Part shown: positions 16,398 to 23,878 of the stretch, one piece after another
How positions within the stretch are numbered: the stretch's first letter is position 1
Layout: the number at the start of each line of letters is the position of its first letter
Source: a virus
Taxonomy: Duplodnaviria > Caudoviricetes
IMG/VR virus record: IMGVR_UViG_3300015050_000895
Location: 1 to 39,078 of that record
DNA length: 39,078 nucleotides
Direction: 5' to 3' (one strand)
Notes under the pieces: model-generated
Told to the model about the DNA's origin: nothing
Database searches by the model: none
What the model saw: the letters and a program-made list of their open reading frames with translations, nothing else
Position numbers and translations under genes: made by a program

Positions 16398-17376
16398 GCC
16401 GCGCGGCGATCTTGCCCGGCTTCTCGTTGTAGTAGGTCATCGCCTGGTCGGTCTTCGTCCAGCCGAACATCTTGCACAGGTCCAGGATGCTCAGCATTTG
16501 GGCGATGCGCGTGGCCGCCGTGTGCCGCGAGTCGTGGAAGGTGAAACCCTCCAGGCCGGCGCGGGCCCTGGCCTTGCGAAACAGGGCGTCAAGGCTCTGC
16601 GTCTTCAATCCGAATACCAGCACCGCGTCGAACCCCTTCATGCGCTCCAGGACCCGTATGGCGGCCGGCGCCAGCGGCACGTTCCGCGGCTTGCCGTTCT
16701 TCGTCATGGGCAAGTGGACATGGTCGGCGCGCACGTTGGCCCAGGTCAGCCCGCACAGCTCCCCCGCCCGCATGCCAGTCAGCAGCGCCATCAGGAAGCA
16801 CATGGCCACGGCCTGCATGACGCCGCGCACCTCCCGCGCGTAGCCCAGCGCGCGCAGCATGCGCCGTATCTGGGGCCCCGTGATCAGCACTTCCCTGTGG
16901 TCAGGGTTGGCCGGCCGGCGCACATCCTTGATCGGGTTTACCTTGATCCACTTCCATTCCAGCCGGGCCTGCTCGAGCACGGCGCTGACCAGGCCCATGT
17001 CGCGCAGCACGGTCCCGCGTGACTGCTTCTTCAGTCGCGCGTCCCGCCAGTCGGCCAGGTCGGCCGTGGTGACGTCGGACAGCTTCTTCTTGCAGGGCAG
17101 CTTGGAGTCGGGCTTTTGGTAGGCGGCCAGCCTGACGATCTCCCAGCGCTCGCCGCGGTGGGTGGGACTCACCTCCTCCGCATAGCGCTTGAAGGCGTCT
17201 CCCAGGGTCTTGACGGTGCCTCCCTTGCCGCCGGCGAGCGCCCGTATCTCGGTGCTGCGCCGCTCGGCCCATTCCACGATCTCGCGCCGTGTCGGCAGCG
17301 TGTTGGAATCGCGCTGTCCTTCGACCTCGATCTGGATGCGCCAGGTGCCGGCGGCGGTCTTCTTGGGGGTGGCCAT
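16390..17376 (-). CDS. int: Tyrosine integrase
   Basis: TGMRAGE, TKNG, FHDSRH, FGW and MTYY catalytic motifs; start ATG 17376. Confidence 0.95.
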   Translation of the reverse strand: MATPKKTAAGTWRIQIEVEGQRDSNTLPTRREIVEWAERRSTEIRALAGGKGGTVKTLGDAFKRYAEEVSPTHRGERWEIVRLAAYQKPDSKLPCKKKLSDVTTADLADWRDARLKKQSRGTVLRDMGLVSAVLEQARLEWKWIKVNPIKDVRRPANPDHREVLITGPQIRRMLRALGYAREVRGVMQAVAMCFLMALLTGMRAGELCGLTWANVRADHVHLPMTKNGKPRNVPLAPAAIRVLERMKGFDAVLVFGLKTQSLDALFRKARARAGLEGFTFHDSRHTAATRIAQMLSILDLCKMFGWTKTDQAMTYYNEKPGKIAARLK

Positions 17377-17380
17377 GAAA

Positions 17381-17609
17381 CGGGGGGATTTGTGGGGGCA
17401 AATTGGGGGCGGAAACCTCCGCACTATTCCGCCCAGCGCGGAAAGTTGGAGAATCATACCCCCGGCCCAGGTCGCGAAACTCTTCAGTTTTCCTCGTGAG
17501 GAGGAAAATTAGGGAGTTTTCGGGGTTTACCCCTGGTGCCTGAGACCGGCAACGGCAAGCGCCTGTTTATGCGGTTCGGCGTGAAAATCGGGGGGTTATT
17601 GAGGGGGGC
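17381..17609. other. attP region; core 17534-17549 matches a tRNA 3' end (probably tRNA-Leu), flanked by G-rich arm-type repeats
   Basis: Minus strand CCGGTCTCAGGCACCA = T-stem 3' strand + acceptor strand + A-CCA; GGGGG repeats at 17382-17409 and 17590-17608. Confidence 0.75.
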
Positions 17610-17668
17610 CCGGCGCTTTTGGTGGCCAGCTGAAACCCATTTTACAGCGCTGCGTCCAGCGTATCGGC

Positions 17669-18778
17669 CTACCGGGAAAGCGGCGCAATAGCCGATACCG
17701 TAGGCCGGCGCTCAAGCCAGCCATGAAGCAGTCTGGTTATCGGAACCTCCACCAGCTTGTAGACCACCACCCCGGCCAGCGCGGACAGAACCATTGCCGC
17801 GGCCATGCCGACAAAGCTGCTCGAGAAGTTCCAAAGCGGCCACTTTTGCCCTATCGTTTGGAGCGTGGCAAGGACGGTCAGGTGGAAAAGGTAGATCGAG
17901 TACGACGCCGCGCCCAGCAAGAGGGCGGTTTTAGACTTCACCCGCACGCCGGCGCTGTGCAGGACCAGCACGGTTAGGAAGGTGAGGGACAGGAGGATGC
18001 TGTCTATCACAAACCCTGTTGGCCCGGGTAGCGAGTGCGGATAGATGTTGCGGACGATGAAGACCGCGCCCACCACGATAGCGCCCAGCGTGATCGGGCG
18101 GCGGTTCCTGACGCACCAAGCCTCGGGGATGGTCTTCCATGCGTAGTAGCACCCGATGCCGTACATGAAGCACAGCGTGTAGATGTGGCTGTAAAACTCG
18201 ATATAGGGGCCGAAGCCGTAGCGGTCCAGCACCTTGGGGACGGTCAGCAGTCCCACGACGATTAGAGGCGCGTAAGTCCGACTGATCTTGAGGGCGACGG
18301 CGAAAAGCACGTAGAAGAACATCTCCAGGTTGAGAGTCCAGCCCACGCTCAGCACCGGCATCCAGTCGCCTTGAGGGTTCTTGTAGGGCACGAAAAACAG
18401 GCTTTTTAGCATCTCGGTCTTGACGCTGTCCGTGAGGCCAAAGTGCGCGTAGGCCCACTGCACCAGCCCATAGGGCCGCTCTGTCGCAAAACCCCAGAGG
18501 GTCGGCCAGACGTAGGGCACATTGTTCAACCCGAACATCACGAAGAAAAAGCATGCAATCGTCGCGAACCAGTACACCGGAACGATGCGAATGATGCGCC
18601 GTAGCAAAAAGTCCTCGGTGTTTTGCCGGGACACGTACACCATGATGAAGCCGCTGATGCAGAAGAACAGCGCCACGCCCTGGAAGGACGTGTGGGCTCC
18701 GTTTATCAGGTAGTTGGTGTGATAGAACACCACGGCCAGAGCCGCGAATGCTCTAAGGGCCTGTAGGTTGGAAATCAT
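17669..18778 (-). CDS. Acyltransferase-3 (OafA/YrhL family) O-acyltransferase; lysogenic conversion moron
   Basis: LQALRAFAALAVVFYH, GVALFFCISGFIM, FLLRRIIRIVP, GWTLNLEMFFY, SYSIYLFH, VEVP; multi-TM; beside attP. Confidence 0.93.
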   Translation of the reverse strand: MISNLQALRAFAALAVVFYHTNYLINGAHTSFQGVALFFCISGFIMVYVSRQNTEDFLLRRIIRIVPVYWFATIACFFFVMFGLNNVPYVWPTLWGFATERPYGLVQWAYAHFGLTDSVKTEMLKSLFFVPYKNPQGDWMPVLSVGWTLNLEMFFYVLFAVALKISRTYAPLIVVGLLTVPKVLDRYGFGPYIEFYSHIYTLCFMYGIGCYYAWKTIPEAWCVRNRRPITLGAIVVGAVFIVRNIYPHSLPGPTGFVIDSILLSLTFLTVLVLHSAGVRVKSKTALLLGAASYSIYLFHLTVLATLQTIGQKWPLWNFSSSFVGMAAAMVLSALAGVVVYKLVEVPITRLLHGWLERRPTVSAIAPLSR

Positions 18779-18907
18779 CCGCCAAATGATAGCGGACACT
18801 CCCGCGCACGCGAATAGCTGAATCGGGCCTTTGGTGCAATCGGGGAATTAATCACACCCTTTAATATTTCAGGGTGATAGATTGATTGACTTACTTGGGA
18901 GTAAGTC

Positions 18908-19015
18908 ATGGAAATATTGAAATCGATGTCGCCGTTTGAACTCGGCATTACAGGGGCGGTGTTCGTGGCCGGGGTGATCCTGCTGTTTTGGCTGTACTAC
19001 CGGGACAAGTCCTAG
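18908..19015 (+). CDS. 35-aa single-TM peptide, not in the ORF track
   Basis: GGGAG SD; MEILKSMSPFELGITGAVFVAGVILLFWLYYRDKS; stops 1 nt before the convergent lysozyme stop. Confidence 0.65.
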   Translation: MEILKSMSPFELGITGAVFVAGVILLFWLYYRDKS

Positions 19016-19016
19016 G

Positions 19017-19487
19017 TCATTCGCCGCCGAGCAAAAACAATGTCCGCTCCGCCTCTCGCCTGCGAGTCAAGCCTTTGAGCGTCACGCCGCCCGCCGTGTT
19101 TGGCTTGCGGATGAGCTGGGCCGCGTCTGACCACCGACCATCATTTATCGCTTTGCGCAGACGAGAAACCTTAAACGCCCCGGTTCCGCAGTTCCAGGCC
19201 CAGCTTGTCACTGCGGCCATGCATTCGGGCTTTGTCATCAGGACAGGAGCGAAAGCAGCGCAGCGGGCGCCATAGGTTCCGAGCCCCGCCTTTAGCTCGT
19301 CTTTGGCCTGCGCCATCGTAATAGGCTCACTATCCCCTGTAATCCCGTAGGTGCGTCCATAGCCGCGGGTCCAAACCGGAGGCTTTGCCAGCTTGTCAAG
19401 GTAGGGGTAAATCAGCCCATGCAGGCGTTTTTCGCACCCCTCGAACACCGACACCAGCGGCATGCAAAGTTCGCGCCAGTCAGTCAT
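19017..19487 (-). CDS. Endolysin, GH24 lysozyme
   Basis: FEG...YLD...WTRGYGRT, SWAWNCG, GLTRRREAE. Confidence 0.95.
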   Translation of the reverse strand: MTDWRELCMPLVSVFEGCEKRLHGLIYPYLDKLAKPPVWTRGYGRTYGITGDSEPITMAQAKDELKAGLGTYGARCAAFAPVLMTKPECMAAVTSWAWNCGTGAFKVSRLRKAINDGRWSDAAQLIRKPNTAGGVTLKGLTRRREAERTLFLLGGE

Positions 19488-19960
19488 TGGCGTTTGCGCA
19501 GGCTGCGATCCATGAACCAGAACGAAAGGACGCTGAACAACAGCGCCGCATCAGCCTCCCCGTAAACCCCGCTGACGGCCAGCAAAAAAGGCTCATTGGC
19601 CTTGAGTGCAACACAGATGGCGAAGATCTTTGAGAGCGAATACAGGCCAAGCAGCCAGTATGTGACCATGGGCCGCACGCTGGCCGAGAGTTTGGCAACC
19701 CAGCCGCCCGCGGCTTGGGCTTCTGCAGCTTGGGCCTGTACAGCCGCAGTCAGGGCGCTCCATTCCGCCGTCGCATCGGCTGACGCCGCATCCATCCTGC
19801 GCAAGTCGGCGTCATGCTCAAAACGCTTATCGGCTAACGCGAGTTGTTTGTCATACATCACGGCCTCGTGCAAGCGCTCTTTGTCCTTGTCCTTTAACTC
19901 AAGCCAGTGCTGCGCCAAGCGGGAAACGCCACCAAAAACCAAGCCCAATAGTTCAAACAT
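19484..19960 (-). CDS. Holin (GTA 3TM-like family)
   Basis: WVAKLSASVRP...FWFMDRSLRK; coupled to the lysozyme gene. Confidence 0.7.
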   Translation of the reverse strand: MFELLGLVFGGVSRLAQHWLELKDKDKERLHEAVMYDKQLALADKRFEHDADLRRMDAASADATAEWSALTAAVQAQAAEAQAAGGWVAKLSASVRPMVTYWLLGLYSLSKIFAICVALKANEPFLLAVSGVYGEADAALLFSVLSFWFMDRSLRKRQ

Positions 19961-19970
19961 TCTTTGCCCC

Positions 19971-20153
19971 TTAAATCGAATTCACGCCGGCCTTGTAGCC
20001 TTCGTTGTAAAACTTGCGCGCCAACCCGGTCAGCTCGCGAGTGGTCCATGCGGTGCAGCCCTCGGCCTTGCATGCCGCCTCTTCGTCTTTGTCCATCGTC
20101 ACGCCAGTGGCGCAGCCGGTCAGCAGCACCAGAGAAATCAATAAAGCTTTCAT
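19971..20153 (-). CDS. Small lipoprotein in the lysis cassette
   Basis: MKALLISLVLLTG-C lipobox; two further Cys. Confidence 0.75.
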   Translation of the reverse strand: MKALLISLVLLTGCATGVTMDKDEEAACKAEGCTAWTTRELTGLARKFYNEGYKAGVNSI

Positions 20154-20410
20154 TTCGGCCCCCACCATTGTTTCCAGATCGCATACAAAGCACCAATACC
20201 CAGCAAGAACTTGCTAAGTGAAACTACGAATTTCCCCGCCCTGCGCATCCACTTGAAGAACACCCCGGCGTCTTTCCACATCTCCAGAAGATCGGCGGTG
20301 TCAGCAGCCAGTTTTTCAGTAACTGCCGTATTGGCGTCAATCTTCTTTTCGATTTCCAAAAACCTAAGTTGGTTATCGGCGTGATTTGTGTCTTGAGGTG
20401 GTGGACTCAT
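20150..20410 (-). CDS. Coiled-coil protein with C-terminal TM (holin/antiholin-like)
   Basis: AGGAG SD; RFLEIEKKIDANT...TADLLEMW...hydrophobic tail. Confidence 0.7.
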   Translation of the reverse strand: MSPPPQDTNHADNQLRFLEIEKKIDANTAVTEKLAADTADLLEMWKDAGVFFKWMRRAGKFVVSLSKFLLGIGALYAIWKQWWGPK

Positions 20411-20432
20411 GCTGCGCCGTCTCCTGTTGTAC

Positions 20433-20819
20433 TTAAGCTTCGTTGTCGATTGCGGTTAATGCGGTATGGGCGTTAAACGCATTCCTGAATCCAGTGTTTT
20501 CGGTGTACATCTGGGCTTGGTTTTTCCCCTCCAGAGCCCCGAGTGCGAGCATCCCCGCCATGCCTGAATACAGCTGCCACTTTGTATCGAGCGTCAGGCC
20601 CAGCGGGGCAAGAACGGCCGCACGGCGGTCATCCTTGCTCAGTGGTGGCGCAACGGCCGCGTTAAGCTGTGCCTGCGTGGGTTGAGGTTTGGAATAATTC
20701 CACGTCGCGATGAAGTCGCCAGATCCGCTGTTTTGAAGCGAAATCGTCCCATCGGAGAACAGCCAGGGCATCCCGGCCAGCTCGGGATAAACCGCCGTAA
20801 TCTGGCTGTAGAGGTCCAT
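20433..20819 (-). CDS. XkdW-like tail fibre accessory protein
   Basis: LYSQITAVYPEL...LQNSGSGDFIATWNYSKPQPTQAQL; start ATG 20819. Confidence 0.7.
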   Translation of the reverse strand: MDLYSQITAVYPELAGMPWLFSDGTISLQNSGSGDFIATWNYSKPQPTQAQLNAAVAPPLSKDDRRAAVLAPLGLTLDTKWQLYSGMAGMLALGALEGKNQAQMYTENTGFRNAFNAHTALTAIDNEA

Positions 20820-21817
20820 TACGCACTCCTGATGAAGGAGCCAGTAAGGCGCGAGGTAACGGCGGCAGTCAGGGCCTGGAAGATTGGCGTGGTTCCGTTG
20901 ACCAGCCCCCACAACTCGATGTAGTCCGAGGTGCCGTTAAAGAAAATCTCGTCATCAATGGAGACGGCGCCCGACGCCTGGTTGATGTTGATGAACTCCT
21001 GTCCACGACTGTATGACGTGCCGTTTTTGTAGATCGTCGCGTAGACAATGCCGATTGCCGCGGCGGCGGAAAACCGCACCAGCCCGCTGATTCTGTAATA
21101 ACCCGCCTCCAGTGGCGTGAATCGGTAGTTCGTAGTTGCGTCGAAATATCCGTGGCTGTCGTAGCTCTCGGTGTTGAGATTCAACTTCGTTTCAACGTTG
21201 TTGGTAATCGACTGGCTGGCGCTGGCGTAAGCCCTGAATACCGGGGCGGTCACGGGCACAGACGAGTTTGTCGCGGTCAAAAACCCGTAGCTCACCTGTG
21301 ACAGCCCGGAATCCAAAACACCCGAATCGTTGACCACAGTAACCGTCGTCAAGGCCCCGTAGGCACTGGTCACAATCGTGGAATAGATGGTGCCCGAGGT
21401 GTTCGTGGTTTGCAGCCTGCGGCCCGGCTGGAATTCGCTCGTCTGGTCGCCGGAAAGGGTGAAGCTGGTGGCGCTGACATAGGTAGGCGTGAGGCCTGAT
21501 GCTTGCCACTGGGTCACGCTGCTTGTACCGGTGACGCCGGTTATGTTGTCCTCGGTCTTCTTGACGACGCCAGAGGCATCAGTCAACACCAGTTTGTAGG
21601 ACAGTCCCGAGGTAAGCCAGATTTGCCCAACCGTGGGGAAGCCGAGGGAATCAAGGACGATGGGGTTGGATTGAGGCGTGCCACCGGCTGAATCGGTGTA
21701 GGTCGCCAAGGGCGTACTGGAGCCGGCTGCATAGCTGTAGATCTTCCAGCCAACCGCAGCGTTACCGCTGTCGTTGAGAAATTGCTGATTGCCCCATGGG
21801 GAGAATAGAACTGCCAT
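20819..21817 (-). CDS. Short tail fibre / receptor-binding protein (podovirus attachment domain + C1q-like C-terminus)
   Basis: QQFLNDSGN...YAAGSSTPLATYTD...NPIVLD; PVFRAY...YRFTPLEAGYY...FNGTSDYIELW. Confidence 0.85.
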   Translation of the reverse strand: MAVLFSPWGNQQFLNDSGNAAVGWKIYSYAAGSSTPLATYTDSAGGTPQSNPIVLDSLGFPTVGQIWLTSGLSYKLVLTDASGVVKKTEDNITGVTGTSSVTQWQASGLTPTYVSATSFTLSGDQTSEFQPGRRLQTTNTSGTIYSTIVTSAYGALTTVTVVNDSGVLDSGLSQVSYGFLTATNSSVPVTAPVFRAYASASQSITNNVETKLNLNTESYDSHGYFDATTNYRFTPLEAGYYRISGLVRFSAAAAIGIVYATIYKNGTSYSRGQEFININQASGAVSIDDEIFFNGTSDYIELWGLVNGTTPIFQALTAAVTSRLTGSFIRSA

Positions 21818-21826
21818 AGCTTGCCC

Positions 21827-22183
21827 TTAATTCTGGAGAACGATGATTCGGAAAACCTGCGGCGCCGGGTTGATGGAACCCACGGTGAAGTTCTTCGCGT
21901 AAATGGTCACGGTGTCATCAGCCGTAGCCACACCCGTGTAAATCATTCCGCTGGTGTCAGCGGTAGGAGCAATTTGCACGGCATCACCCACGCGTGCGCC
22001 CACAACGGTGACCGCTGTTGCTGATTGCGATTGGGGGCCGGTTGCCCCTATGTCTACCGTCGCGGTGAAGTTGATGCCCTTTTTCCAAGGCAGGCCGAGG
22101 AAGACTTGCGTAAACCAGTTCGACCAGCCGTTACTTGGAGCTGGTCCCTCAAGCGACTCACTGAGCGGCGGGCGGTTGTTCAT
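21827..22183 (-). CDS. Virion tail protein (hypothetical)
   Basis: WSNWF N-terminus and beta-rich VTVVGARVGD domain; lies between gp10-like gene and fibre. Confidence 0.65.
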   Translation of the reverse strand: MNNRPPLSESLEGPAPSNGWSNWFTQVFLGLPWKKGINFTATVDIGATGPQSQSATAVTVVGARVGDAVQIAPTADTSGMIYTGVATADDTVTIYAKNFTVGSINPAPQVFRIIVLQN

Positions 22184-23592
22184 TTACCAACCTTCGCGTC
22201 AATGGATGCGCCGGCAATCACCACCTTCACGGGGTCGGTGATCCTGAATTTGAAAACCCGGTCCCTCGCAGCCCCAAGACGCCACCAGATGGCGCGGGTC
22301 AGGTAGGTGCCGATTGCCCCGATGGTCACCCAGGCTTCATTGCTCCAGGTATGCCCGTTGTCCTTGGAGAACTGCATCATGGCTTGAGGGTCTGAGCCCT
22401 GACCGGAAATCAGCCCTACACCCGTTTCGAAGTCAACCTGCACCTTGCTGACCTTGACCATCTGCATGCCGTTGTTGAAGTGCTTGCTGATGATTTCCCG
22501 AGGTATCGCCGTCCCGTTGTCGGTGTAGGTGTCAGCGTCGAGGGTGTAGATATTCCCGTTCGCGTAGTCCGCGATTCTGGGTTTGTTGAGGTAGTCAACG
22601 TGCAAAGCCCCGAGATAACGCCCACCACTCAAGCCCGATTCAAGTTCTGTCCACATGTTTGTACTTGCGTCGTACATGTGCGACTTCCCCTCGGCCGGGA
22701 AGTTGAGTACATACATGGGATGCCCGCCCAGGAGGTAGGCGTATGCCGTGGCGTCGGAAACCGAGTCGTAGTTATTGATCTTGTAATCAAGCTCCGGGTC
22801 GCTGATCTTGCGCAGCGCGTGACCGGCCATCACCATCACCTGAACCTGCCCCATGCGGTTTTTGAACAGGCCTGCCAGGCTGTCGTTGTACTTCACCAAT
22901 GACCAAGGCGCGGCAAGGCCGAATTCGAGCGTAGAGCCCCGCTGATTGCTGTACGGAAAATCCTGCGCGCCCGTGTTGCCCCAAAACTCCACCGTCTCGG
23001 AACCGGCAAGAACCACCTCTCCGTGATCCGCGATGACGCGCAGCAGGCCGTCCGGGTTGCTTTCCGCCGTGGCATATTCCAGCGCGTCCAGAGTCTGGAA
23101 GGCGTAGGATGCAGTCTTTTGAAACTTCCCGTCAGCGTAGGCAAGGAGCCCGTAACCATCCTGAAAGGTCACGTCAATGGGCGTGCCGATGACGTTGGTT
23201 GTGACCGATGCAAGCGTTGTCGTGGCTATGGTGTAGTTGTAAAACCCGGCCAGCAAGCCATCAACAATCGCAATCTGCGTGCCGTTGTAAGCCATCTGCA
23301 CCCGGCCCGAGGTGCTTGTCAGCGTGCCGCGGTTGGTCTTCACGCCTGCGTTATTGACCTCCCAAAACACCCCGCGATGCACCGCATAGATGAAGTCCCC
23401 AACCGCGATCCAGCCGCGAATCGGGGTATCGCCAAAACTGGTGAAAAGTAACAATCCGGGCGTGCCGTAGTAAACAACTCGGGCTTTTTCCGCATCCTGG
23501 ATGATTTCGGCGTACAGATTCAGGTGGCGCTGAGACGTGACTGTGCTTGATTTCCCTTTCTGGCTCACCCCAAAAAGATCGGCTACTGGCAT
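22180..23592 (-). CDS. P22 gp10-like tail hub / packaged DNA stabilisation protein
   Basis: TPGLLLF, TAESNPD, SKDNGHTWS...G.Y..RAIWWRLG...FRITDPV; AGGA SD then ATG 23592. Confidence 0.9.
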   Translation of the reverse strand: MPVADLFGVSQKGKSSTVTSQRHLNLYAEIIQDAEKARVVYYGTPGLLLFTSFGDTPIRGWIAVGDFIYAVHRGVFWEVNNAGVKTNRGTLTSTSGRVQMAYNGTQIAIVDGLLAGFYNYTIATTTLASVTTNVIGTPIDVTFQDGYGLLAYADGKFQKTASYAFQTLDALEYATAESNPDGLLRVIADHGEVVLAGSETVEFWGNTGAQDFPYSNQRGSTLEFGLAAPWSLVKYNDSLAGLFKNRMGQVQVMVMAGHALRKISDPELDYKINNYDSVSDATAYAYLLGGHPMYVLNFPAEGKSHMYDASTNMWTELESGLSGGRYLGALHVDYLNKPRIADYANGNIYTLDADTYTDNGTAIPREIISKHFNNGMQMVKVSKVQVDFETGVGLISGQGSDPQAMMQFSKDNGHTWSNEAWVTIGAIGTYLTRAIWWRLGAARDRVFKFRITDPVKVVIAGASIDAKVGK

Positions 23593-23603
23593 GGTTGTCC
23601 TGA

Positions 23604-23639
23604 AATGAAAAAAGCCGCCCAAGTTGCCGAGGGCGGCTT
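23604..23639 (-). terminator. Intrinsic terminator upstream of the gp10-like gene
   Basis: AAGCCGCCC-TCGGCAACTT-GGGCGGCTT followed by TTTTCATTT on the minus strand. Confidence 0.75.
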
Positions 23640-23650
23640 AAAATTGCGGT

Positions 23651-23878
23651 ATGGAATGGGTTATTGCTCTTGCGCTTAAATCGGTCGGCGCGCTGCTGTT
23701 TTTCGGAACCGCTTACTTTTTGGCGCTCGGTCTATCTCGACTGATCCCGGACGGGAGCGTAAAATCGCTCCTTTACGACCGGTCAATTCAGAAGAAACAC
23801 CCTTGGAAATTCGCCCTTCTGGGAATGTTCACCATATGGGGCACCATCGGCCTCATCGCCCTCATCGTTAAGTACTAA
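23651..23878 (+). CDS. Antisense membrane-protein moron (superinfection-exclusion candidate)
   Basis: Two hydrophobic segments; opposite strand, directly after the ejection genes; TAAAAT -10 element 6 nt before ATG. Confidence 0.75.
   Translation: MEWVIALALKSVGALLFFGTAYFLALGLSRLIPDGSVKSLLYDRSIQKKHPWKFALLGMFTIWGTIGLIALIVKY

Noticed and set aside
17382-17412. G-quadruplex
   Set aside because: Only three full G tracts in the cluster; the period fits integrase arm-type sites better
20819-21817. Diversity-generating retroelement target (as in BPP-1-like podoviruses)
   Set aside because: No reverse transcriptase ORF and no template-repeat copy of the fibre 3' end was seen
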